Positions 24,941 to 35,882 of a stretch of DNA of 64,000 nucleotides are shown in pieces. The notes below the pieces were generated by a model. It was not told the DNA's origin and ran no database searches. It worked only from the letters and a program-made list of their open reading frames with translations. The stretch spans positions 248,001 through 312,000 of the forward strand of contig NW_026515702.1 of assembly GCF_025526975.1 (NCBI RefSeq), read 5' to 3'. The first letter of the stretch is position 1. Each line of letters opens with the position of its first letter. This DNA comes from Fimicolochytrium jonesii (Eukaryota). The position numbers and the translations under genes were made by a program.

Positions 24941-26170
24941 CGCTTGTATCCACCTACGGTCTCATCCCCCTGAAAACGAAAATCCGTTTGTTTGCCGTGC
25001 ACCCCACATCCTTTACACGTGTGTAAAAAACGTGGAGAGGAGAGCTGTCGATGGATTCAGGCTCTATCTACGTATGAACGCCAGGACGAAAAAGCGCCCA
25101 TCTGAAGAAGATGACGACAAAGAAGACGGCTTGGATCTGACCGTATATAGAAAGGTCGTCTATACAGCGTTGTCTATATGTGAAAAGGTCACTTTCCCTG
25201 TCCCGGCTAGCCCGGCGGCCATGAAGCTTTCGAAAAGCGTCAACCCGCAAGATATTGGGCAACGGTCTCTCTGGGTTGTGGGGCACCGGTCTTTTCTACT
25301 CTATGGCCATACAGTGTATAACCTAACCTTAACCCGCACAACTATAGGAGCTCGCGTCTCTCGCACAACACATCCCGGCATCTTCCATCTCCGCACCTTC
25401 CACGCAAAAGTGGTATGTATTCCCCTTCCGTTGGCAAGACTCGCAAAACGAAACCGGGCATTTCTCGCACTTCGCATCCACCATATCCCCTAACCCATCG
25501 CCGCATATGCACACCGGAAACTGCAGATCTGCGGCCTCCATGTCCTTCATCATCTGAGCATATCGTTGCTTCCTGTATGAATAATGAGTAATGATACAAT
25601 AGACGCATTATTTTACCCGGGCTCTTACCTGTGTGAGGTCGTGAAAGCGGACGGACTACAATCAAGGTCGAGGGGAGGAATCCAGCGGACAAGACCGGGG
25701 GTGGCACTGGCAGGTATTATTGTCCGGCTGATCTCCACCGATTCGTGTGTTGCATATTTCATGTACAGGAGGCTGCCCAATCCTCCGATCCAGGGCCGCT
25801 TGCGGGATCCAGCAGAGCTGAGTATCTCGCTCCTCAATGCATCACCGATTTTTGTCGCGTTTCCAACAAAGTCATGCTGTACGGCAATGTGCAAGACGGC
25901 GCGTAGCTGCAGTAGAGTCATGGTCTGGCAGAATAGGGTTGTTGTGCTCCTTCCACGAAAGAGAACACGGCTCGCGGCTTTGGCGGATAGTCGCCGAGTT
26001 GTCCTTCCCTGCAAATCCATTGCGATCCCGCTCGCGACAAGTGCTTTTCCGAAACGATAAGATCCGGGTGCCCGTGTTGAACATACTCTGGGCGCTGATG
26101 GGCAAATGGCGCACCGCACCGTATTGCTGTCATTGCTTCATCGACGCAGAGGAAGGAACCTCTTTGATGA

Positions 26171-27534
26171 GGCCTTGTCTTCTCTACTTCGCTTCCGCCC
26201 CAGTCGTCGAGATCATAACAGCGCACCGCTAATAGATGCGCTCAGTCATACAGCCCAGTCAAAAAACGACAGAAAAACATCAAGACGCTGGCGCTACCAC
26301 CACCACCTTTCCAACTCCTGGTCTCGCATCTGACCGTCGCCAATGGCGGAGGACGGTCCATTCCGGTACTGGATCACCCGGCCAGTCAGACGGCTGAAGA
26401 ACTTCATCAGGCCACTGGATGGCGAAAACGAGGCGAACGTAGTTCCTGCCGTCGAGGCTGTTTTCCGCGCAAGGTCAACATTCATCACTGATACCGTCTT
26501 CAGTGCCTGGCATCTCCTCGCTATCTACCTCAGAAGCGAGGCCGACAATTGGTTATCCACCCCCAATGATGATCCCCTTGTTCCTCCGACAGGAGACGCT
26601 GCCGGGAATCACAGGATGCGGAAAGGACTGCATCAGATGATGCAGGACACCTTGAGAATCATTGCCACGGATGGTGACCGGGGCAGTGTTGATCCGGTAC
26701 TCCTGGAAACCTATACTACCAAACTCCAGCCAACCATGATGACCGGCTACCATTCCGACGAACAAGATGACCTCCCCAACAAACCTCCAAACAACGCGCA
26801 GTACCTCTTTACTCGGAAGATTCTTCGCACCGCAGCCAACACTCCCGCCGGGGAAGGGTGGACGGATTATCGGTCGCACTTCAAGCTTATTGCCAGGACA
26901 CTGCAAGCGAACTTCAAGGAACACATAGCCAAGAATCTCAGCGACATCATGGCACAGATTCTCTCAGCTCAAGTCTAATCTGTTGACGGAATCCATGGGG
27001 CGGATGCAGAGGAAGTTGGTACGTTGAGCCTTGCATGCCACGCATTCCACGTTTCCGGTTAGGTTCTGGCCACATCAACTCACAAATGTTTCTCCTCCAT
27101 GCAACAGTGAAACGGCTGCTGCGGTGGCTTGACCCAAGACTAGTCACCAGTCATGGTCGTTGGAACCTCTTTGAACAACAACAACAGGCCAGTGGACTGG
27201 GGGACGAGTTCCTGTTCGGCGGGCTGGATATCACCGACCAACAGCAGGACCACCTTACCACGATCGCATTGCAACATCGTCGAATTCTCGTCAATGCAAT
27301 GGGACCCTTCACTATCCCGGGGTGGTGGCAGGATGAAGACTCGGTCTGTTCGTATAAGGATCCAATCACAACATACCAATGAGCCAGAGTCCTTCAGCGA
27401 CTCCCTGGAACCGGTGTCGCGGGCCAGCAGAGCGATGAGAGGCGAATCATCCTGCGCATGACATACTACATGCAGTATCTTTCCAGAGAGGCCCGGAGGC
27501 TTGAATCGGAACTGGTCCGAAGAGAGGGGTGATG
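26171..27534 (+). pseudogene. Fanzor family A N-terminal (REC-lobe-like) fragment with one intron and nonsense codons
   Basis: 26171-26220 matches 28124-28171, which is fused to the Fanzor C-terminus in copy 2. The ORF starts at ATG 26343 (MAEDGPFRYWITRPVRRLKNFIRP...), has an intron at about 27018-27108 (G|gtacgt...cag|TG), and carries in-frame stops at 26976, 27380 and 27530. Confidence 0.65.
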
Positions 27535-29189
27535 TTATGGACGACGCGCCCATACCATAAGCTTACCTACTGACAGCCGCCAATGTCAACCGCCAAATGT
27601 CAAACGCCAATGTCAATGTCAATGTCAGTGTCAATGTCAGTGTCAATGTCAATGTCAATGCCACTCTCCCTCTCTCCTCTCATTTTGCCAATCCTCCAGC
27701 AATATCGCCACTCCTCCTCTCTCCTCTCATTTCACCGATCCCCCCTCGGCTTCTCCACACCCCCCACTACTTCCCCATAGCCAGCAGCTGTAGCAATGCT
27801 CTCTACGCTCGCCACGCACGCTCTAGGAGCATAGCTGGCGCCCGCCCAGTCTTCTCCACACCCCCCACTACTTCCCCATAGCCAGCAGCTGTAGCAATGC
27901 TCTCTACGCTCGCCACGCACGCTCTAGGAGCATAGCTGGCGCCCCCCCAGTCCCCTCTTGTTGTTGTTGTTCTCTGATCTGCTGGGTTGCCTATCTATAA
28001 ATAGCCGGCCTCTCTTCGTCCATTCCCTTCCTCCCCAGCAGATCAACACCAGTTCTTCTCATCTCCTGTTCTAGTCCTTGTTTCTTGTTTCGCCAATACA
28101 ATCTCTTGTCGCCTATCACTCTCGCCTTGTCTTCTCTACTTCGCTTCTGCCTCAGTCGTCGAGATCATAACACAATGCCATAATTCAATGGCAGGCTACA
28201 AGACCCTTGCCAGACAATTTCCAGAAGCCAATATCCACGACACTAGGGCCCCTCGGCAACCCTATGCCATGTGCAAACATCCCCCCAAGTACTGGTATCA
28301 TCGACACCGGGAGGCTCCTGCCAGGCATGGACCAAGACAATGGTGCGATCAAGAGGCAAATGAAGCGGAACCGATATTGTTTTCAAGGTGCCCTGAGTCC
28401 CGCAACGAGATGGGCGAAAACTGGAGACTTCGAGAGTGCCCGACATGCCAGATACCTCCTGATATTCCGCCCATCTTTGACAGAGACATTCAAGCTGCCG
28501 CCAACTTTCGGTTCCTGATTCATCAATATTCACGCCACAATGGTCATCGACCTTGATGGAATTGTCCGGGCTGGTTAGCTGATGCACAGTTGTGGTGAAG
28601 TTTTCTAGTCTCCAAGTCTCCTTAGATAGTTAGCATCACATATTTAGCTATTCCTTCCCACCCGCGATGGCACACGGGCCTGCGTGCATCGCAAGATATG
28701 CGACAATACTTCTTGTATGTTGTAAAAAGTTGGACGACATGCTCGTCAGCCAAAAGCTCATTTGTAAAAACCTAGAAATCTGGTCTTGGGACCTACCTCC
28801 GCCCTCGTCGTCCAGACTGTTGGGGAATGTATCCTTCACACAAAGGAAGCAAGAAAGCCAAGAGTACTTATCGTAATTGCCCTGTGCGTCTTGTCTCCTT
28901 GCAGCGTAGCAAAAGGCGCCACAGGCAACCATGTCGATTACACAGCTGGCGCTAAAACACGAAGACGGGGTAATTTGAGAAAGTACAAAACGAGATATCG
29001 CAATCAAATTACTCACAGTGTCCAACCATTACACCAGTCGACCTCACGCTGTGCCAGGCCAACTGAGCCGACGCAAGCGATGGACTTTTCGCCAACGGGA
29101 GCCGCAAGGTCGTGCGGAGCTGCAAGGGCGGTCGAAGCGAAGGCACTCAAAAGCGCCACGGCTGAGACAGTAGAAGACGCGAACTTCAT
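27535..29189 (-). CDS. Small secreted Cys-rich protein, 3 exons; intron 2 carries Fanzor copy 2
   Basis: Exon 1 29017-29189 (signal peptide MKFASSTVSAVALLSAFASTALA); exon 2 28797-28951 (ASCVIDMVACGAFC...SCFLC); inferred exon 3 27535-27566 (GKLMVWARRP*). Exon 3 is inference. Confidence 0.55.
27591..27660. repeat. (TGTCAA/TGTCAG)n hexamer microsatellite near the element left end
   Basis: Direct reading of the sequence. Confidence 0.9.
27750..27951. repeat. 101-bp tandem duplication
   Basis: cttctccacacccccc...catagctggcgccc starts at 27750 and again at 27851. Confidence 0.95.
27975..28045 (+). promoter_or_regulatory. Putative Fanzor promoter: TATA box within a 12-bp inverted repeat
   Basis: TATAAATA at 27996-28003 lies between tgatctgctggg (27975-27986) and cccagcagatca (28034-28045), followed by a pyrimidine-rich leader. 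Confidence 0.5.
28599..28745 (+). ncRNA. Candidate omegaRNA scaffold plus guide, copy 2
   Basis: Near-identical to 7037-7155 (one 7-nt local duplication) and divergent immediately after TGTAA. Confidence 0.55.
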
Positions 29190-30735
29190 TGTGAAAGCAG
29201 GCTTGGAAGGGAATGTTACTATGTTGCTGGAAGGAACTGCTTTGGACATCGTCTCATTGAATAGTGCTGCGAACTACGGACTGTGTTTGGGCACTTGGCT
29301 CGTCGCAAACCTTGTTGGCCTGATTATTGATAGCACATCGTTGTTTTGCCGCTCTCTTGAACCAGGTGCTTCTCATGAGCGATATAGTGTGCGCCCGCTG
29401 CTGGTGCAGGTTTAACATAATTGATGAACTGCCCTCTGTCTTTTTTTGGCCCTGCGAAGCATACATCAGCAGCGTACAGTACATCCGCGCACTGTACATG
29501 ATGTGGCGAACGCCCGGTGTCTTCTCTCCGCAGATTCCCACAGGTCACCAGCCATTAGCCCCATCTGCTGCATGTGCGACATTGCCGCGATTTTGGCTGG
29601 GCGAAATTTGCGCTGAGATATGGATGGATTGTAGGATGCTAGAATGACTACCACCTGAACAGCGATGAAATTGATTGCCCATCCAAGTCATAGCGCCCAT
29701 ACCCACGTTGCCTTGCATTGCTCATGCAATAAACGCCGCGGGTCTGCTGGAAAGCTACAAATACGCTCGATCTACTCTTCAATGTAAGCATGTGGCCGTC
29801 GACAAGAGCAATTGCCGCCCTTCATAATGACCATCCGTCCCAGAGGTACCTCTGAGAAGCATATCCACCTAATGGATCCCGGCGCATGTTCGGATATGTC
29901 CATCGTCAAAACTTTTAAATAGCGGTGGATGGGCCCAAACCATCGTGGGGTAGCCAGATGGACATGTTCACATGCGTGGCAATGACCGGCATGCCTGCCT
30001 TATCCATTTCATAGCGGAGTGCAACCTACCGTGCAGCGGTGGTACGCACACCCTGGCACTATCCAGTATGTTTATACACATAGCACCCAATTTTTGATTC
30101 CCTACGCGCGACGCGTCAGCGAGTGTCTTTGCAGCGACAGCGAGTGTCGAAGGTTTTGTTCAATAGTTTTTGTAGATTCTGCTCGCGCACCCATGATTCT
30201 CGCATGGAAGACGCGAATTAATAAATATCTGCCAGCGCAAGTTCCAAAATATTTAATTCGGATCAGGCGTCGGGCCTGCGCGTCAGTCAACATCGGTGGA
30301 ACACAGACAGGCTGGGTACCGGTACATTGCAAGGTCGGCAAGTTGTACAGACGTACAAGTTGTACTAGGCCAAAAAAGTATGAAACTTAAACAGGCGCGG
30401 ATGAGATGGTTGAAGGAAAGTCAGCCCGGGATTTCCTTCTCAACCGGCCCTTTGCGGTCCACTCGCTAGAGATCAGGTGCTCAACGCAGATGCTGTATGC
30501 ATACGCACACGTTTGGGCGCTAACTGCGTCGTAAGACTGTTTTTTTATCATAGGTTGCTTTCACATTCATGGATTGTGCCGCATTGCATTTGCCATCAGA
30601 GATGGCCGCCGCTTCCTGTCCATGGGTAGGCGCTGGGACGAGCAGATAGATGCCTTGCGCCTATAAAAGAGGAGGCCCCACCACTCTCTCGTCCTCTCCA
30701 CATCAATCATCTGTTCAACAATCATCAGCCTCATC

Positions 30736-31500
30736 ATGCACGCCATCCTCTCTGTTGTTGGAGTGGCCCTCGCGGCCTTCCCTCTCGTCGTCGCGGCTCC
30801 ATCAGCTCCTGCTGCAAAACGTGAAGTTGAATGGGAGCGACGTTCTTTCCGTCTCGGACCTCAGCACACGAATTGTTGCATCGATGCCGGACCGACTTGG
30901 TACCCACCGGTGAGCTCCTTGATATCCCCCTTGTCGCGCTTTTCCACATACGACAGTTTATTATGTTCTCCATCCACCAAACTAATCTATACCAACGCGC
31001 CGAAAAAACACATAGCTTTTCTGCGACTGTAACGGGACCGACAACCAGTTTTTCGGCACTCCCGGCGCTGGCAACGAGGGTATGGTCATCCGCCTATTCA
31101 ACAGGTCCGGCATGATGCTTTCATCAGGTCTCTGAAACGTCACTTCATTTTCTGGTCCAGGTCTCATCTCCAGCCTGAGGAGCGACCAATGCTTGGAAGC
31201 CGATAGCCGCAGTGCAGGCAAGATGCTCAGATTCCAAGAGTAAGTATCGTTCACTTGAGTTCGAATCTTTAGGAATCCCTTCTCGTTCCGATTCTGAAAA
31301 GCTTTCCCTCTCCCTCTTCCGTTGAACTACGTTATAGTTGCGACTCTACTACGTCGTCCTGGAAGTTCGGGGGCGGAGGTAACACCAAAATTCGCCTCAT
31401 GGGTGCCACCGGGGGTACCGAGCTTTGCGTCTCATCGGGTGGAACAGACAAGCCCTTAATCCTTGCCGACTGCGGTGGGGCCTCCGTGTGGAATATGTAG
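30736..31500 (+). CDS. Secreted ricin-B-like (beta-trefoil) lectin, 4 exons
   Basis: TATA at ~30662; signal peptide; CIDA...|LFCDCNGTDNQFF...|ISSLRSDQCLEA...FQD|CDSTTSSWKF...LCVSS...LILADCGGASVWNM*, i.e. three C..C..(Q)x(W/F) subdomains. Confidence 0.65.
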
Positions 31501-33206
31501 AATGTAGTTTTGTACTCGGGGCAAGCGTCCAACCGCTCAAATCTAGAATCCGCTCAGAAGGATAGACTCGCCGGCACACAATATGCCGTAGCAGGAAGGA
31601 AAAAGAAGCTTCGCATCAGATTGTAGACTGTGATTATACATAGAAAATAGAAGGATGCGTACAGCAATAACAGTGACATTTGGCCGCAGTAGAAATCGGC
31701 ACTCCGTCGAACAGAAAGTTTTTGATGGACAGATAACGGGTGTGCAAGTACGCAGATTAATAAACACGGCAGCTACTGACGTCCTGCATCGTCGCCTGGG
31801 CTGTTCGCCGTCATCCTGAATCAGTGGGGAGTCGCACCTGTCTTGCGGAAGTGTCGTGATCGAGCAACACAAGATCGTCTTGTTTGTTAATACCCGGATT
31901 CAACATTGAATGTGAATTGAGCACCTTCCGCGCTTTGAACTGTCAGCGTCCTGGCAGTTGCATTGTGGTTGAGGCAAGCGTTCATGACCCAGCGATATGA
32001 TTTCACCCCGTAAAATACCAAACACTCTGCGGCTCCAGTTTGCGTGTTCTATAGTTTGTTTTTTGGAGTTGGGATCGGTGTTGAGTGTCCTTCGCTGTCG
32101 AGGCACCGACGCATGGCTGTTATGTTCAGGAAACTGGAAGCCCATCAGACCCTCGCCGGACGCCAATGCGCCAATGCGCTATCTTGTACTCAAAGTCCCC
32201 ACGAATTGCATGGTCCGAAAAACATTCATAACCGTCACTTGCTCAACCTTTCCAGGGAAGACTATCAGTTCCCAGGCCTTGACCAGCGCTTGCCGTTCCT
32301 TGCGCAATTGTCCGAGGGGCGGGACTTGTGTGCACATTGTGCATCATCTGCACCCAATGTATGCCAGGCCTTCCTTCTGCATCGCGCTGGCATATGGGGC
32401 ACAATGGCTGTTCGGCTGCACTCGTTGCAGGCCGGTGTCACGCCAGAAACAACTGCATACCGAGGAAGCTCCTAAGAAACCTCGTCGCGAGCCCGGAACC
32501 CCGGGATGCGCAAACAAACGCGTGTCCCAGCGGCCGGTACGCCCAAATCAGCAATTGCCACAAGCCTAACGTCTGCCTATCAATCAAAATATCAGGGTCG
32601 TTTTTAGCCCCGTCCATGTCAACTTTGCATTCTCCCAGTCTCCCATTTCAAGTGAAATTCTATGTCACACTCTGATTAACACAAAGCACGCACACCACAA
32701 CCAACCCTCAGCCCTCAGGCTCGCCTCATCTACTTCTCGCTTCCTGTCCGCGCTTCACCCAGCAGGAATAGCTTTCTTCACAGGGAAGCAACCGCCCACC
32801 AGAGCGTGCTTCCCCACAAGCACATCAGCAGCTCGCCACCTTCCGCACACCTTCGGCAAATCAGTTCACACGTTGTGAGGTGGAAGGCGTGCTTGTAGCC
32901 GGCAGAGGTTCATCAGCTACTGTGCTCATCTCACAGGGGTTCAATGTTGCGGCCAGGCTTTACAATATGAAAGATGTACGCATTCCGCCCAGTACGCGCC
33001 GGATAACAGGGCAATCGTAATGGGTTTGAATTCAAGGCCGGCTTTTCTATTAGCTGTAAAGAGACATTTCTACAATCTTCCCACTTCGCTTTCTATGTTG
33101 TGTCAAGAGCTCTACGTAATGCCCCCTCCCCTCCCCCCCCCCCCCCCCCCAATCTTGGCCATGTGAGACGGAGTCGATGCATGCGAGCTTCACTTTTGCC
33201 TTCCAT

Positions 33207-33950
33207 TTAACCCTGCCACTCCATCGCACCGGCGCATTCCACAAGGTTTACTGAGTGGGTGGTCTCCGAGGGGGTCCAGGCGCACATGCCTGTATCGCGG
33301 CCTTTCTTGTACAGCCTCACTTTCGCCCCGTCCATCTTCCATTTAGATACCTCATCATTGCATCTGGCCGACATTTAAATCAAAAAACAAAGGAGAAGAA
33401 AGAAAGGGGGCCATATTTGAGTATTTTGGGTTGGATTTTCCATCGGGTAAAAAATACACACAGCAGGAACTTACGGAGACAGATTGATCCTCGTCATGTG
33501 AGTCGCCTGAGAGGCATCCCAGCAGAGTCCCTGCTGCACGCTCCGCAATTGCGCTAATGATCGAAAAATTACGGTTGGAACCCAATCAGCGCTTAACGCG
33601 AAAAGAACCGTGTCTACCGCCACACTCACCGGCGCCAGTCCAATCCTGGTTGATGAAGTCGTAGAACTGATTGTTGGTCCCGTTGCAATCGGCCCACATC
33701 TATGACAAAGATACGTAGACAAGAGAAACGGTTAGGCAAGAAGTAATGCTACGTCTCAGGAGGGGGTGATCTCCCAGAAATCTGCGCTTTATGTTGTGCA
33801 AGAAGATGGCCCCGGCTTTACCTGGAGAGTGTATCGCGGACCCGCATCAATGCAGCTCTCAGTGTTAGGGATTCGGAAAGCCCTCTTGGCTTCGGCTCCT
33901 TGGAAAGCCAAAAGCGCCGCGATGCCGGCGGAAACAACGGAAAGCTTCAT
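33207..33950 (-). CDS. Second secreted ricin-B-like lectin, 4 exons, paralog of 30736-31500
   Basis: MKLSVVSAGIAALLAFQGAEAKRAFRIPNTESCIDAGPRYTLQ|MWADCNGTNNQFYDF...|QLRSVQQGLCWDA...LSP|CNDEVSKWKM...MCAW...VNLVECAGAMEWQG*. Intron positions and phases match the paralog. Confidence 0.65.
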
Positions 33951-34139
33951 TTTGTTGTATGGCACACGTGTAGGAAGGCGCAGGGAAAGGAGGCAAGGTG
34001 GCTATGATGGTTGGCAGTGGGGAAATGGGGAGGGAACCCGGACGGTGCCCGCCCCTTTATATTGGCGATGAAGCCAGCAGCATCGCATTGGGACAGCGGC
34101 ATCCTCTGCATCTCACGGACAAATGATTTGCTAGGTACA

Positions 34140-34240
34140 CTTACAGCCCTTAATCGGCAGCAAAAGGCGCCGCAGGCAGCCATGTCGATTAGGCAGCCAT
34201 GAGACATCTTCCTGCATGTAGCCCGATGTGCCCACTCTGT
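34140..34240 (-). pseudogene. Remnant paralogous to exon 2 of the small Cys-rich secreted gene
   Basis: CLIDMAACGAFC versus CVIDMVACGAFC; the DNA gcaaaaggcgcc-caggca-ccatgtcgatta is shared with ~28909-28940. Confidence 0.45.
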
Positions 34241-35882
34241 GTGTCTTCCGCCAGCTGTTTTCGGAGGTTGAAAATTTATCTGAGCGTTGAGCAATAGGGC
34301 GGCGAAGGCAAGCGACGCCCAACAAAGGCACCCACCTAATTTTCGCAGCCCAATATACGGTGAACATGTGTCCATTGGAGACCAACGACATAGGTGCTTT
34401 ATGCTAAATTGGGCGGATCAAGTATCCCAAACGGGGCATGCGCACATGAATTTGGAGTGGGCGGCTGAATGGGGCCTGATGAGGGGATGGGCCCACGTGG
34501 TCGTCGTGGGTATGGCATAGCATGGGTCGATTTTGAGGAGTGGTGGCAAATGTGGGTACAGTGCGGCGGGGATAGTTGCGTTCGGGCGGCATGACTTGCA
34601 TGTGAGCGAGAGGCTACAAAACCAAGAAAAAAGAAGAGAAAGCATGGGATACGGAATGGATAACATTGAAATTTTGAAGGGTTGGCATCTTTCACGACTG
34701 TTGGACGTCTTCCTCCTGTTCGTATGGAGCGGAGGAACGTGCGTACGAAGGTTGGCGCTGGAGGGACATAAGTGGATTATGATAATGAATGTGGGAGGGA
34801 TATTTGGTAGAGGAATGGGATAACATACGATATCGCATGTCGGCCACATCAAAAGGCATCTGAAAAAGAGTGACGATTGCCCACTTCCTTTGAAGCCCGA
34901 AATGAGGCCCCATCCTTGAGATCGGTTGACGTCTTTTCCGACATTGCGGGTGTACAGCACATTCCATATAAGATAGGGCTTCAAACCTCATTCGACGAGA
35001 TATGAACAGTGCTCGTGCGGTCGCCACGAATACATCGATACGTAAGTGTATACAGTACATGCCCGCCAGCTCAAGACACCCAACGCGTTAACGCGCACCA
35101 TATGAGGGGAGCGCCTCGAATAGAGAACAAAAAAGTTGTACCTATGAATGCCTGGCTGCTGCGCCCTTTTTAAGTCTCGAATTGAATAAGCTCAATCACT
35201 TTATTAAGGTGGTTTACGACTTTAAGTGCGGCGGATCCCCAAAACCTTGATTCCTTAAAACTTTGACCCACTTAATGTTCGCTCCGTAATTTGACAAATT
35301 GCCTCCCCGCTGCGCGCCGTCAATTGGCGGAGTTTAGGTGTGTCCCACACCGATGCCCAATATTATCAACGTACGATATTACAGACACTCTGGATGGATC
35401 CCTTTTTGCGCGTTCTCAGGCATAGTGATATCGTTGCTGGACGCTCGCCGGAACGAAAATCCAACTCTCATTTCGCACACAATTCTTTCAGAGGTGGGTG
35501 GCCTCCGACGAAGGCAGAAGATTTTCGCGGCATGGAGTAGCGTGTGCGTACATACATACATGATGTCCATTACCCTCAATAATGTAGATCTAGAGTGATG
35601 GAGTGCAATAAGGCAGCATGACGGTGGTACTCACCGTTAACGGCTCAAATCTATAGATCTAGATGTCCTTAGGACCTACGAGGGTGGATGGATTGATGAG
35701 AGGGCCCAGCATGTACGGCGGTAACCACTGTAGGTACCCCTTACAGATGGTGTACAGCGACTCTCCAGTCCGCCCTCCTTGTCTGTGTAGGCTTATATCC
35801 GCTGAGAAACTCATCGTTAAGCTTTCCTCCTTTCATCAAACAAGCAGTCAAACTTGTCCCCTTCCCCTTCTTTCCTTGAACG

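Larger units (their letters stand above)
27570..28722 (+). mobile_element. Fanzor family A non-autonomous, internally deleted copy 2; TA direct repeat at 27568-27569 and 28723-28724
   Basis: The left region (repeats, TATA box, 5'UTR) is fused at an ACA microhomology (~28169-28171) to the C-terminal coding region and the conserved 3' tail ending GTTG|TAA. There is a CGA>TGA stop at 28554-28556 relative to copy 1. The left boundary could alternatively be 27561 with a TAA duplication. Confidence 0.7.

Noticed and set aside
25032..26120. Cys-rich or transposase-like gene remnant
   Set aside because: Short CxC/CxxC fragments are broken by stops in all frames, and no family could be supported.
27570..28722. 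Terminal inverted repeats on Fanzor family A
   Set aside because: The reverse complement of the right end (caacatacaagaag) is not found at either candidate left end.
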